The notes: a model not told the origin generated them from the letters alone. Positions 12,741-28,161 are shown, counted from the first letter of the stretch. The stretch: DNA of 64,000 nucleotides from Octopus vulgaris (GCA_951406725.2 OX597822.1:51646001-51710000); one strand, 5' to 3'. Program-made: numbers and translations.

Positions 12741-13310
12741 TTTCTGCGAACTAGACAGCTATGATAAGCAGTGTTTAATACAAAGTGTTCTGAATGCTGT
12801 TACAGCCGTCTCCTTCAGTCTGGAATAGCAAATTTGGCAGATCAAGGTATCAAAGGTACACTAATGATATACTAATATATTACAATAATCTAAGACGGCT
12901 GTAACTGCTGCTTCTGAAAATTTTTGAGACCTCTTAGAATACATCTCATAACGAAACAAATGGATGCATATTGAATAGTGTGAAGGAGGGTACAAAATTG
13001 TTTTTGATAGGATTTTGTTACGTTTCTGAAACATAAAGTATCATACTGATGGAATGTAGCATTTATCCTTACACAAAAAATGCGCACTTTTGATATGCAT
13101 ATATGTATATGATGGAACGAAATGCGTGTATTGACGAATACTAAAATACTAAATACAGCCCTTTGTAAACACTTTTACAGATATATACCATGGAAAACGT
13201 CGAAAGTATAGCAGCTATGGGTCATAGATAAACTCTCTCCAAAACCACTACAGAGAACCTACCCATACATGATGACCCTTTTTAATGTAAGAGTCAGACA
13301 TGAAAAATGT

Positions 13311-13620
13311 AATGTTGCTTTAAAGACTCTTGCCTGAGTGACGTAATAGTTATCTAATAATAAGGTAACTTGTTTACTCTTCCACTCCTTAAATCTCAAA
13401 TATATATATATGAAGTTTTGTATTCGGTAAAATTTTGTTTATTTTTAGTAGTTTTGACCGCATTGGTCCCTCTTAGCGTGTTGGTATCTACGAATAGTAG
13501 TACCCTCAATATAATATAAATGAATATTTCAGAGAGGAAGAATTTACGGATTTTTTCTCTTACGAGGTTTTTCACGCTGACTACTGATAATTTCTTTTAA
13601 AGATTTTATCCTCAATTGTT

Positions 13621-13690
<70 letters not shown>

Positions 13691-13941
13691 TGCATACAGA
13701 TACACAAGTAGGGATAGAATATATTAGATCTGTGTGTAAGTATATCAGTGGCTGTGTATGTAATGTTGCTTTAAAGACTTCTACCTGAGTAACGTAATAT
13801 TTAACTTAATTATAAGGTAAGTTTTTTACTCTTCCACTCCTTAAATCTCAAATATATATATATATATATTCATGCATACAGACACAGAAGTAGGGATAAA
13901 ATATATTAGATTTGTGTGTAAGTATATCAGTGGCTGTGTAT
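13311..13941 (+). repeat. ~180-bp tandem duplication with a PLE-end-like insert in the first copy
   Basis: Block A (AATGTTGCTTTAAAGACT...CCTTAAATCTCAAA) at 13311 and 13762. Block B (TTCATGCATACAGA...GTGGCTGTGTAT) at 13687 and 13869. An extra ~215 bp at 13411-13626 resembles 27930-28170. Confidence 0.8.
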
Positions 13942-16900
13942 ATGTGTGAGATGAGGGCTGTATGATCTGTGTGCGTACATGTATGTGTTTCTATGTTTTT
14001 AGTATATTTTTCCTTTGGTACTTTATGAGTTATGTATCAAATATATATGTATATGCACCATATAAACAACGCAATAAATATCAGACTGCATATATTTTAA
14101 ATTTCTAATGGCATAAAAGCTTTCGAAACCTGCCGGAAGTTTGAACAACGTATCAAAGAGCTTTGCATTATGGCTTTATTTTTCAACATATATTTGCATT
14201 AGTTTCTTCTCTTCTTCTTATGCTGACATTTCCCATTAAAACATTTTCTCGTGAAAATGTTTCTATTTCCATAACAATGTGTATTTTAGAACTGCTGATA
14301 CAGTCGCGTTATATATTCCTTGGTTCTATGTAGATATGTCTATTTGGAATATTAAAACAGATAGCTGATATCTTTCATACTAAAATATTGACTAAATATT
14401 GCTATCATGTTTGAATTCTTTTTGCTCAGTCGACAGAAAATATTGACAAATATATGCCGATTAATGTTACAGAGGTCATCAGCTTTCTGATTTGATACTT
14501 CGATATACATGGAAATAAACGAGTCGTCAATATTACACTATGTACTTTTCTCTTTATCTATCTTTCTTTCTTTCTTTATCTATCTTTCTTTCTTTTCTCA
14601 CTCCCTCTCTAAGTATACATACATATATATATATAAAACCCACACCTATATATATATATATGTATATCGATTACGTTATATATGCATATATCGATTACTT
14701 GATTCAAATCAATCAAAATGCCAAAGGTCTCTGAAGTCAATGATTTTGAATTCATTGAATTCAAACGAAAATATTGAATCCAAATAAAGATAACCATTCG
14801 TTTATATATAATGTTTAAATCAAGTTTTCTACAGTTCTTCTAAAGGCATCTAGAACCTCTTCCAATTAAATTTATCTATTTTCACATACACCCGTAATTC
14901 CACATTATTGAATTATACTGATGCGCGCGCACATATGTGTACCTGCGTGTGTGTCTGTCTATGGTCTATCTATGTATGTATCAATGTATGCATACGTGTA
15001 TGTTTGTGCATGCATAGATATCGTAAAATTCAGTTGGATAGATAGATTCATTTATTTTTACGTATATCAAAGCAGTCAATAACTACGATAGACACTTAAA
15101 ACTAGTTTTTATGAAGGTGATGAAATTTTACGTCAGTTTATTCAAAACAACATACGATGGAATATCTCATACGAGCCAACAAACATTTTTTTCTGCATAG
15201 TTTAATTTAAATAGGTGTACTTCATTTAGTCTACCCTTATCAGCACAGATGTTTGTCAAAATAGTTCTCCAGGTATCTACTCAATCCGCTAAAAACAATC
15301 AAATCTCTCTCAAATTTCACCTGTTTCGAGAAGAGAGAGATAATTGAAATTATGTGTTACTATATAAACAATGAACAACAGAAGAATAAGATTGTATTAG
15401 CTGACATTTATTACCATTATTTTTGAAAATAACATATTTCCTACAAACTGTGTATTCAGATAATTCTCTGCTAATCTATAACGCATAATCCCGTTACGTG
15501 CCTATCTGTTGCCTTACGTGGCATCCAAGCTCAGTTGCAGGTGAGTCTAATGAATCTATTATATACTATGCTTTGGTTGGAGCCAGAGGTCTTGTGAACA
15601 TATCTGCTTACAATCTAATTAAACAACTCTCAATCTCTTGACGAATAAGACCAAAGACCAAACGGAATATCAGAGGGAGCGGAGATGTGATCAAGCTGGA
15701 GCTGGCTGAGGAGGAATAAAAATCACTGTTAAACCATTTGAAGGCAGTATTTTTGCATTTTAAGCCCAAGAGCAGTACCTCTGACTGATAGTGTTGACAT
15801 TTCACTGATACCTTCACAACCAAATTTATTTCTTCGTAAAGTACTAGTTTGAAAGCTGAGTCAACAGAGAGGAGTTACAACTAGATGAAAACTCCAGTCG
15901 TTTTATACACACAGGTTTACCATATCCAAATGACTGTAAAATGTCAGCAAAAGGGCATCCAGGAATTATGAACTGGATGCGTTCTGGCCCTCTTAGAGTG
16001 CAAGAATTTAAGGGTTAAAAGACTCGTCAAAGACCTGCAGCTCCCTTGGGAATCTCTTAGCACTGTTGGCTACTTCTTCGGCTAAGAAGGCTTTCATGTG
16101 ATATGTGACATATCTAAAGTTTTAGATTACGCACATATTAAAAATAAAGTGTCGGGGAAGTACATTTAGTCCCGTGAAAGAAATAGATCCTGATGAATTC
16201 ATAAATATATACTTCGTTTCAAATATTTCTATCCACAAAATTCATTAAAAAGAGAACAATAAAAGAAATATCACGTTAGCTCCACATCTATTTCCTTTTA
16301 ATTCGAATAAAATCAATATTTGTCTGAGCACTAAGAATCTGTTATGAAATAATCAAATGTCAAAATATTGGAGAAGAAAAATCAATTAAAAAACAGATTT
16401 CAGATTTTTTTTAAAAATAATTTTGAAGCAGCAAAATTGTAATTGCAAATTCAAGAATTGACTTCCTTTGAATTTCAATTCCAGTAGATAAATTTTTATA
16501 TATTTTAGAGGAGACAAAAACGAAGAATAGAATGCATTAGTTTTTAATTTGAGATGCATTAATTATACTCCAGATTATTACAAAATACTTATTCTCATAA
16601 TTACCTAATAATCATAATTATATTTCCATATTTAGTAGTGCTATCGTCTTCAATGAGCGTTCAAAATTGCATGTACGTGGTTTCGAAACCTGCTAGAAGC
16701 ATCAGCCAAAGCTAACGCAGAATACAAACTATATTCTTTGAAGAAAGTACACATCCATAATGTGGTTTGCGGTGCACAGAGAATAAAAGAAATCTGATGG
16801 ATGGTTCCAGAAGAGTTGTGCAGTATCGACCTCAAGATTTTCTTCTTAGCATCATTCTGATCATCATAGAAACGATCATTGTCCTTATCACGACCATGAT

Positions 16901-17337
16901 GAACGTCATCCTCGCCATCAACATAGTAGTCATCATCAATTTACCATCGTCGCTATTTTCCCCTCTTTTATGTACCATTTCTAACATGAGAAATTTGATC
17001 ATAGCAATAGCCAACGTAAATAAGATATATTTCAAGTCATTTGTAGTTAAATATTTGTTAATAATGTATATCCAAAGTCTAACTAATTTATTATCATTTG
17101 CTTTCTGTGGTATAGTCAAATTGTGATCTGTCTGTTATCTGATATCGGAAAGAAATTTATATCAAAATTGTTTTTTAACGTATCCCTTAAATATAGGTCA
17201 ACAGAATTGGATGTCTTCGCATTTCCAAGGTAACTCCTACTGACGGTCAATTAACGTATTGCGTCATATTTTTTAAATCAGTATCTTCATTGTATTTAGT
17301 TTTTTTGTAGCCTGTTTGATGATGATAATAATGATGA

Positions 17338-17456
<119 letters not shown>

Positions 17457-20400
17457 TATATATCATATATCATCCTTTTCTATATCGCTATATATTTTCA
17501 CAATATTTATGGCATTATTGGATAAATATTTCAATATACAGCGATAACAGATGGCAATATCTTCTTGGGTAAATTCTAATCCCATTTATAATTAATATTA
17601 CGAACTAACTAATAGCAACACTATTGTTTTTCTGTTGATGAATCGAGTTAATTTTTTAATCATACTCTAAATATTCCTTATGTATTACAACATATAACAC
17701 ATTTGATCTTTTAGCAACATTGATTAACCTGTATTTTGTATTGAATCTATAGCCCAAATAAAGTTTGTAGCATAAAGTTTACTTATCATTCATTTATCAT
17801 TGCATAAATTTTACTTATCATCAGCTACACATCATTCACCCATGGCAGTGGGTAAATGTATTCTTAAGATCAACTTTTAGCCATTAGCAAACACTTCTAG
17901 ACTTCATCACAAACTCAATTCTCAACCAAATTTAATGTGATTTTTAGCAATGATGGTACACTTCTAAGGCTATATTTGGAGATAAACTAATTGAAATTTG
18001 TTTCATCAGAAAAGTCAAAAAGTAAAGGCAAAAAATTTACTTTGGAACGATATTTCTCATTTATTATTTGGGTTTAAAAGAATGTACTCATTGAGAAGAA
18101 TTTGATAGTTAGAACCTTATTAAAAATATTAACCAGGAAAAAAGTAGTGAGGCCCTAAGTAAAGAAAGGATGGTAGGTAACCTCCAATACGGATTCTGAA
18201 TGAACATATCTCACTTATTTTAAAGAAAATTATACTTTAGTTTTCCTCAAATAAAAGGAACAGTATGGTGAAAATCTCTTCAAAGATATTAGCTACAATG
18301 GAAGTGGTGTGGATTTAAGTGACGAGAAAAACGTGATCATTTTTACAGATTAAAATAATTTTTGTCATTTTGAGATATTTAATGTATAAAAGGTGCTATC
18401 GGATGTCAAAGTTCGCCTAGTTTAATTGTAGGGAAAGCTTAACCAAAATGTGAGAGATACAGAGATCGTTTATCTGTACCAGTTTGTGGGCTGCTTCACC
18501 CCTTTTCTAAGGATATTTACCCGATTTTCTATCATAACATTCATTTATTCCTGCAAAAATACTGAAACACAAACTATATATCCATTTACGCTTGGAATTT
18601 AATTTAAAACCTAAGCAACTATGCGTAGCATCAATTGTAATATAGTAGACAAACGCAAACCTTAGAGAAAATGGTCCAGAATGTTACGGATTATGTTTAA
18701 CTGGAAATAATATGACAATCTTCATTAATCTGCATATCGGCTATCAGCACATTTTGCTGTTTCATTAAACATATATTGAAATACTAAAACATTATATGAC
18801 TACTAATTAATCGAGATGGTATGTATTTCTTCACGACTAGCAATCACAATGTTTCTCTTCTGAACTGCTGCAAAATAAGACGATCCCCAGTGCCTGCTAT
18901 TTATAACAGCAATCCTTCCAGGTACTTAACTATACAATATATAATAGTAATCTTTGAAACTTTCCTAACAACGGAATAACTAATTACTATTTCATATAGT
19001 AGTTTAATTAAAATTCTCTTCTAACACACTCATACATTATATTTCTTTGATCCCCATTGTTTACGAGTCAAGCTCCGAATATATATTAGTTTCAAATTTT
19101 GGCACAAGGCTAGCCATTTCGGGAATGGGATAAAGTAGATTAAATTGGCCCTAGTGCTCAAATGGAGCTTATTTTAGTTGAGTTTGTTTTTAACCTGTCA
19201 TGTCCTGATATCATTTCGAGCTATTAGATGGATTTCCTAAAATAAGTCACCGTTAACGGAAGCTAGAAATAATAATTCTCTATGGAGCACAATGAACTGG
19301 TATAATGTTTCTAATTACATAAGAAACAAAAATATGTATCGACTGTTCACTGTAAACCAATTTCAATAACATCTTGGTATTATAATTCAATACAATACAT
19401 GCAACAGTTTCAGTAACAATACTTTTGTGTATTTAGTTTGCACTTAATTAATTTGATAACTCTTTTACAGTTAATTTTTATTAAAAGATGCAGACTTTCT
19501 TTCATTTGCGTCAAAGTGGAAATCGGTTAATAATTGTGTAACTACCTTCGTACTTGAGTAATTTCCATTGTATAGTGTGCGATTTCTTTCGATGCTGTTT
19601 TCTTATCCTATTTTCTTTGAAAATCATGAACCATGCTACCATAATGATATACATAAAAGTTTATAATTAAATAATTTTTGGTCAATTTAAGAACTCGATT
19701 CGATTTTATAGGACATCGATGTTTATAAAATTTGATTTTAGGAATCATTTGTTTCTTCTTAACTTGACTTCCGTTTCCGATTTAAAGTTGGCGATACGTT
19801 TCAGAAATATGAAATCCATAAGTTTTCACAGTTTTTACTAGAGTTTGGAAGATGGCATACTAAATCGCCCAACATAGTTTCTGAATGTCTTGTGTAAACA
19901 GCGATTAAGGAGGTCTTATTCATCTCTGCGGATGGAAGTATGTTACATTAGGTGCGGAATGTGAAAAAGTTTCTCTAAATTTTCTTCATACAAATAATTG
20001 TAAACCTTTTGGGGTTTCATCATTCAAGTTGACTGTTTCAAAGATTTCATGAAATAATGTTTTTTCTACACTAATTAAAACTCAGATTATTATAGAGTTT
20101 ACGTAATGATGTTTTGATATTATGAATTATAGAAAAATACGTTTTTCTATATCCTTATTAACTGTTCCTTAAATTACTGAATTCGTCCTACAACACGTAA
20201 GGTAATATTAATTTGTATCATAGATTAAGTTAGCATAGTCGACATACAATATTTTTACAGAGCTCTGTAACATATAACTACTTTAGCTTTGATTTGGATT
20301 ATGCATATGTAGCCATCATATAATATCATTAAATAATTGATTAAGTTTTGGGGGCCCAAATTGTGTTTCTCCCGTTAATTCCATATTTATATGTTAATGA

Positions 20401-21916
20401 CCACCACGCTTCTATCTTAAAAGCTGGCGATATTAATGTCATTGTATCATTCGTTCTCCACACGAGATTTTTAATTACCTGGTGCCTGATTTAGACGGTG
20501 ATCATTTCTAAATCACAGCCATTATTATATAAAAATTTAAAATGTCATTAATGTATCCTCAAGCTAATTATTAAGTTCTTGCCCACGAGATTTGACAATT
20601 TGGAAACAGAGAAAAGACAAACGTGTCCTTTGTAACTAATAACTTTTGACATTCCAAAGTAATTTACAGCGATTTTAACTAAGTCCAGTGATTTTTACGG
20701 CCAATGATAATGGGATGAAATAACATGTGATGAGAATGCAATCTCCTGAATGCAGATGATGTAAACTTTAACTTCTGCATAAACAAGATATTCATCTGCT
20801 GCAAGTAGCTTCCATCTTCACACCAACCTATTGATTAAAATCAATTGATTGAAATTGCAAGCATAACGTAAATGAAGAACGTCGATAATATACTGTGGAA
20901 ACATAAAATGTCTGTTTCTCAAATGGATTCTGCTACTATTTAGAAGTATATTCATAACTGGCATTTTCTCATGCATTTATACTAAATATGAAACGTAATT
21001 TTCTCTTTAGAATTGGCACTTTTCTATTCGCTTTTTCTATTCACCAGAATAATAATAATCTGCTGTGACACAGTATCTTATTTCTAATTAAAACATAATC
21101 AACTCCTTTTCTACAGTGGGTTTAAGCTTTGGCCTGCTATCAAATTTGTTTGTATCTCTTTTCTTGTTCCCTAAGTGTTGCAGCAACACAAGATATCTTC
21201 GAAGATGTTTGTTTTTGCTGTCAGAAAGTATATTTCAATCTAACAGCCATCCTCTTCATGTACTTTTAAACAATTACTCAAGTTCTAATATAATTTTTGT
21301 TTCGTTACAATTTCAATGTAGTATTATGATAGTATCTAAAATAGACATAAAATTGTCAGTCAGACACGATTCCCAGCTGTTCTTAGATTATTCATGATTC
21401 ATGAGAACCGATTGAAATAGATTGGTGTGTGTTTGTGTGTGTGTATGATTGTTTGTATGACGGTAGAGTTTATAGGGTATCACCATTGACATCAATTACA
21501 GTATAAAGAAGATAGGTTTCATTAACATCTTCTCAACACAACTTCCACTGAACTTGGCTTTCTCCTATTAACCAACATATAGGTACCTGGCAAATTTATG
21601 GGTCAAATTATTCGATTACTTCTTCTGGTAAGGTTTCTTTTAGACTTGCATTTATGTTCAAAATTATCATCGTTGTCGTCATCATCGTTGTCGCCGTCGT
21701 CGTTGTCATCATCATCATCATCACCATCATTGTCATCATGAATCATAATAGATCATCATGAAAGATAAACATGTTACAATGTTCAGGTTTCCCAATGAAA
21801 TGCTTATTTTGGAACAGAGTATGAAAAGGAGAAGATACATATTTCACATGAATTTGAGACCTTCTTTCTTACGTACACCCCACTCACACACATACATATA
21901 TACACACATGCATTTA

Positions 21917-22005
<89 letters not shown>

Positions 22006-22039
22006 TAGTAAAAAGTGAAAAAACTACAGAAGGCTTGTT

Positions 22040-22570
22040 TTGAAAGGTTAAAAAATATATTTGAGTCATTATGTCAGAAGAATGTCATAAAATTCTTTCA
22101 TACAGTGACATAGTTTTTGAAGAAATTACCGGTTTCGTGTTAACTTTTCAAATTTCTCAAAACATCGTGTTATGTCTTCGTTATGCAGTGTAAAGAGGAG
22201 TTCCAGGTAAGTGGAGGTAATAAGTGATTTCTTCCGGTGTAAGGGAGATAATCGCTTTATATTTCTTGTCCCTTTTATTTAATGGGGTGAGTTTCTATGT
22301 ATAAGAATGTTAGAGTGGTTAAGTTTGGGCTTATATTTTTCAATGAAGAATGTTTCCTTGTTTAGTCTAATTTGTGTTGGTGTTCCAATAGCACATTGAT
22401 AAAATGGAAAGATTAAAAATTGTGGTAGTAGTTGCTTTGCGCATTTCTCAATATGCTCACTAAAGGGTATCATTCTGTATTCTGGGAATGCAATCTGTTG
22501 TCGATGCAGTGTGCATCTACGTATGAGTGATAGTCCCGTGGACCCCACGTAGGGAAAACACAGAGCAAAG
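22040..22570 (-). mobile_element. Penelope-like element 3' fragment encoding the C-terminal half of a GIY-YIG endonuclease
   Basis: ORF 22279-22605(-) contains YVGSTGLSLIRRCTLHRQQI...SEHIEKC...RLNKETFFIEKYKPKLN, matching the YIG, R..H, E and N residues of PLE GIY-YIG. The downstream non-coding part has GAAACCGGTA, a decayed hammerhead 3' half. Confidence 0.85.
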
Positions 22571-23725
22571 AAAGGAGGGTCCATCAAAGTAATCCCAGGA
22601 CGCAATACGATTTATTAGGAGCAGAGGCATAAAGAGAAATGTAACACATTTAGGGTGATGGTTCTATGACGATGTTTGGTATGCGGTTCGATACTATGGA
22701 GCCTGCCAAATGCTAAGAATTTTGTCCAACGAAATAACAATTCTGCCATCTCGCGGCCTGACACCAATATTGCAATCTTAAAATGGTCTTTGACGCTCTT
22801 ATTAATTTCTCATTTTTTAAATGTTTTCTCTTCTTTTTTTTCTTTCTTTTTATGTTTTGGAAATAAAACCACTTGAAAAGAAACAAAAATAACAAAGAAA
22901 CATGCTGCTTTCCATAAGGACGTCACTATAACATGTGGAAAATGAATAGATCACACTGGCTAAAAGTACAAACCAGAATTCCTTTGTGAATTTCTCCAGA
23001 ATAAAATTTGCATTTCCGTAATTAACATAGAAAACCCACATATGTGTAGAAGTTTTAAATAAAACTGAACCCTGTCCTTTTGTAATAAAAGATAGGTGTG
23101 TGTATTTCAAAATGTGAACTGAGGAAAGACTGTGATTATAAGCCGTTAAAATAAGCAATGCATAAAATACAATGCACGTATTTTATTAGATATTGAATTT
23201 TCTTGAATCGTAGCCTTGAGATTCCAGAGGTCATAAACAAGCGATATCGTTTATACGAATATAAATAAGCTTACATTCAGAGTGTTCGGCTGTCAGAAAG
23301 TTGATATTAAATCAAATCAGATACGCAATATAATATTAAAAGAAATATAATTCTATCAGAATATAAATTTTTACCGCACAGGTATAATGTAAGCTCAAAA
23401 TCGTGTACAGTTTATATTCTTATGTGTTTTGCAAGTGTCATGCTAATATAACAATGAATGTACATAAATAATATATTTATATATTTTAACTTATTGCTAC
23501 ATTTTCGTGTCATATCGTTCGCATTAAATTATAGATTTGCTGTTACCTCAAAGTTTCGTCTTCTCAGACGTTCAAACCATACTAGGAATGTGTACATTAT
23601 GTGTATGTATGCGTGTATATGTGTGCACATATGCGTGTGCGTGTCTGTATAAATATGTATACAGTATATACACATGGTTTGTGTGTGTATATATAAATAT
23701 ATATATAAATATATATATGTATATA

Positions 23726-23761
<36 letters not shown>

Positions 23762-24840
23762 TATTTATATAGTATGTGTATATATATGTATGTATATAGC
23801 CGCGCGCGTGTGCCTGTAAGTGTGTGTGTGTGTGTAAAATCATGGTAGAGCGTACCAGAATGAAGATGTCAGAAAAATAATAACAAAAGAAAGAGAATTT
23901 ATAGAAGTAATTCTTTGTTCGAATTGATTTATAGAATAAGGTGATATTTTCTAACAAATATGTTTAAATATAGAATTTCTTTTATGGAAAGGTGTTAGTC
24001 CGTTTGAATAATGAGACATACATGCACGAACATTTCAGCCTACACATACACACACACACACACACACATGTATGTATGTATGTATGTATGTATGTATGTA
24101 TGTATGTATGTATGTATGTATGTATGTATGTATGTGTGTCGGATAAGATTGTATTTCTTAATATATTTGCCGCTTGCTTACTTAAATATACAAATGTGGG
24201 TGTATTTATGTGGTTGTATTCGCAGCTTCAAAATAGTTTAACTTATTATATTATACTATCTCAGTAAATTATGAGTAAGGTGCTTCTTAATGCAGATACA
24301 GATGTGTAAGAGACTGAACCATTAATTATATTATCCAATATAACTCACACAACACAACATAACATACAACACACACAAAATTCATTATAGAAACTTAATA
24401 TATATTAAGGATATGAGGACAGGTTCATATAAATCTATTGTAAGATTGTTTAAAATGGAATAGTTTGGAAAGATGTCTGTTAATGTTAATATTGTTCAGA
24501 AATTGGAAGTATTTTAAGACCATTAAGAATTACGAATATAGTGAATTGTTCTTTAAAAATATTTTGGAAACAAGCATTCTGTGCTAGTTAAACGTGGGAG
24601 AACATATAAAATATGGTTCGTATTCATCACTTGACTGAAATAGTGAAGTGCAGTATCGTGGATCGAAGAATTTACTCCCATCATTTGCAGGCTAGTATCG
24701 TCATACATAGACAACATTCCGCCCGTCAATTTCTTTTTACTGACATTTTAAAGTTCTACACCGTCGTGTCGTCCAAGCTAAGTCACCAAACTATTCCAGT
24801 CCATTTTCCTAATCTAGGATGCAAATCCAGAAACTACCAT

Positions 24841-25155
24841 AAGTGTCTTCTGCTATAGCCCTGTGCCGACCAATGCCTTGTGAGTGGATTTGGTAGACGG
24901 AAACTGAAGAAGCCTGTCGTATATATGTATATATATATGTATGTGTGTGTTTGTGTGTCTGTGTTTGTACCCCATTGCTTGACAACCGATGCTGGTGTGT
25001 TTACGTCCCCGTCACTTAGCGGTTCGGCAAAAGAGACCGATAGAATAAGTACTGGGCTTACAAAGAATAAGTCCCGGGGTCGATTTGCTCGACTAAAGGC
25101 GATGCTCCAGCATGGCCGCAGTCAAATGACTGAAACAAGTAAAAGAGTAAAGGGT
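24841..25155 (+). mobile_element. 5'-truncated SINE (same family as 31379-31788)
   Basis: Near-identical to 31461-31780 (AAGTGTCTTCTGCTATAG...CAAATGACTGAAACAAGTAAAAGAGTAAA). Confidence 0.9.
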
Positions 25156-25398
25156 AAAAGATATATACATATATATATATATATGTGCGTGTGTTTCATT
25201 CTCTGTATGTGTGTATGTATATGTACATATGTTGTGTGCGCGTGTTTGATTGCCTCTCTGTGTGTGTATACGCATAATAATTAATAGCAACAGATGTATT
25301 AGTAGCCAAAAGCAATCTTGTTCTACAACTTAACGTGGATGCGGTGTTATTTGCCTTGAGACGACATCTCCTATGGACTCATGGTCTATAAAAGTACT

Positions 25399-25464
<66 letters not shown>

Positions 25465-25895
25465 TATATATATCATTGACACCCGAGAACCATTTGCTAC
25501 GTTTGCCACATCCTCCAGGTCCGGCACTTCACTTGATTTCGCCCTTCTTCAGATACTCAGTAACAGACGGCCGGCAGCGAATCTCCTCCTCGGTGTATAT
25601 AGAATTTCAGTATCTGCTGTCGCAGTGATGTCGCAAATAATCAATGCTTTTATTTAAAAATAATACCTACAGAAGCAGTATTAACATGTTCTGGTCTTTC
25701 AACGAGATAAATAGCAGTGCTTTTATACACCACGAGTCCATATGTCAGATCCTCTTAAAGTAAGTAACGCATTCTGTGTTATAACACCACAACCAAATTA
25801 ATTTGGCATAAAGATTGCCTTATATATTTACACCAACACTCACACACACACACACACATGCGTCTATATACATTCACACACATTCATATATCCGC

Positions 25896-25928
<33 letters not shown>

Positions 25929-25933
<5 letters not shown>

Positions 25934-26150
25934 GAAAGAATGGAGTCGAACGAATATGTAAACAAAATTTTGTTAACATCTTCGTTCGACTCCATTCTTT
26001 CATTTATTCATATAAAACACAAATTTCTACACAAGAACCCGGAGTTTCTACCCTTGACAGGTCGCTTCAACCGTGTTTTCTGACATGAATTTGCTACCCA
26101 GGTTTCGGTTAAACGAATTTTCCATGCTAGGATAATTCATTCACCTACTT
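25929..26150. mobile_element. PLE-end-like fragment beginning with a ~78-bp palindrome
   Basis: TAAATGAAAGAATGGAGTCGAACGAATATGTAAACAAAA / TTTTGTTAACATCTTCGTTCGACTCCATTCTTTCATTTA with 2 mismatches and no spacer, flanked by (TA)n on both sides. Confidence 0.6.
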
Positions 26151-26224
<74 letters not shown>

Positions 26225-26585
26225 CAGATATACACATATATGAATCTATATATGCTGAAGTATACATAAACAGGCACACAAACGAACGCATGCATATACA
26301 GACATGCACACAGTGAGGGCCCGAGAACAGGGATTGAAGGAGGTGCAGATGATTCAGGCGCATGTCCTTAAGTTGGTGGGGACAGGACAGCAAAATCAAA
26401 ATTTTCACACGTACAAACTACTTTTATAATGATATCTAGAGAGTAAATAACAGTTTTTTGTTCTGTCAAAACGAGAACAAAAATAAATAAACAAAATGTT
26501 TTCTGACGTAGTTGGTTATAAATTTTCAAAGAAATTCACCAGAAAAATGTATTACTGAACAAAGACATCAACAACATATTAAACA

Positions 26586-26650
<65 letters not shown>

Positions 26651-26654
<4 letters not shown>

Positions 26655-27229
26655 AGAGGGGACCCTAAGAAACTGGATTTTGCAATATTATTTTATTTTC
26701 TTAGTTTTATATGTTGACACTTTTATCGCCTTCAAAGTATTCTCCCTTCGAACCGATGCTTTGCTTCAGATACCTTTTCGACTGTTCGAAGCAGGCCTGG
26801 GACTCGTGCGAAGTGATGCCTCTTAACGCCTATGTCGTTTTCTCGTCCTCTTCTACATCGGCAAAACATTTTCATCTAAATACATTTTTCATTCGGAGTA
26901 ACAAAAAGAAGTCGCATGGAGCAAGAGCAACAAACAGCTGTAGTTTCAGTTTACAACACGCATTCAGTCGTGACTGCCTTTGATCTTCTGTGAGCAAGCG
27001 AAGTATAAATTTTGCTGCAACTCATTTCATTCAGAATTCCTCGCTGAAAATTAGTTGGCAGAAGCTTCAGGACACACCAGTCACGTGTTCGGAGACGGTC
27101 CTCCAAGATCGATTCATTCGTTCGGGAGATCCATGGACGCCCTGAACGAGGTTGGTCTTCAAGCAACAAGTGACACTTCTTTTAGTGACTATGATACTAC
27201 ACACATACATATACTACGAGATAGGTTTT

Positions 27230-27283
<54 letters not shown>

Positions 27284-27550
27284 TATATAGAGGACATTAC
27301 TACATTACTATACATAAATGCCACACGCTAGGAGAGACTCTCAAAGTCAAAAGTACCAAAATAAATAAACTTATCGTACCCTCCTAGCGTTTGGCATTTA
27401 TGTATAGTAATGCCCTCTATATAATATATATAAATATATATAAGTGAAAACCACTCGTAAACTTGTGTTTTGCTCATGGTAGTAAGCTTGAAAGCAGGTT
27501 GAAGCCTGACAACTGGTTCGGCCGCAGTTTGACCAAGCGGAAAACAGAAT
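26651..27550 (-). mobile_element. mariner remnant split by an insertion at 27180-27445
   Basis: MKFCFPLGQTAAE...MSKTQVYEWFS (27550-27445) continues as LLEDQPRSGRP (27170-27135). A terminus TACAAGAGGGGACCCTAAGAAACTGGA lies at 26651. Confidence 0.8.
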
Positions 27551-27554
27551 TTCA

Positions 27555-27838
27555 CGGAAGCAAAGGTGGTGTGGATAGTGGTGAGGGGATACCCACGAAG
27601 GATGAAGTAGCGAGCTATGAGTTGAGACTAAGTCTCAAAGTCATGGTTGTCACAGCAGAGCCTGCGCAGACGGAAGAATTGGGAGGTTATGGAAAGTTTG
27701 GTGTGGAAAAGCTTGGTAGGGTGGTAGGAAGAGAAGTTGAGGTATGAGTGTAGGTCGGTGTGTTTGTGGTGGATAGAGGTAGTGAGAGCGGAGTTGTGTA
27801 TGTTGACTGAAACGTCGAGAAAGGCGACGGACGTGTTG
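27555..27838 (-). mobile_element. Penelope-like reverse transcriptase fragment
   Basis: SVAFLDVSVNIHNSALTTSIHHKHTDLHSYLNFSSYHP...SQFFRLRRLC matches the FLD/KPT/YL..SSSHP/SQFLRLRRLC thumb region typical of PLE RTs. Confidence 0.85.
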
Positions 27839-27859
27839 TAATATATATATTTATACAAG

Positions 27860-27927
<68 letters not shown>

Positions 27928-28161
27928 CAATTTAAAAATAGGATAAAATCTTTATAAGTATTTATCAAGTAGTTAGCGTGAAAAACCTCATAAAAGAAAA
28001 AAATCCACCTATTTTTTTCACTTATATATATTTATATATATTATATAGAGGGCATTACTATACATAAATGCCAAACGCTAGTTTATTTATTTTGGTAGTT
28101 TTGACTTTGAGAGTCTCTCCTAGCGTGTGGCATTTATGTATAGTAATGTAGTAATGCCCTC

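Noticed and set aside
20680-20840. Possible minus-strand exon (WCEDGSYLQQ...)
   Set aside because: The acceptor is weak, there is no recognisable protein similarity and there are no partner exons.
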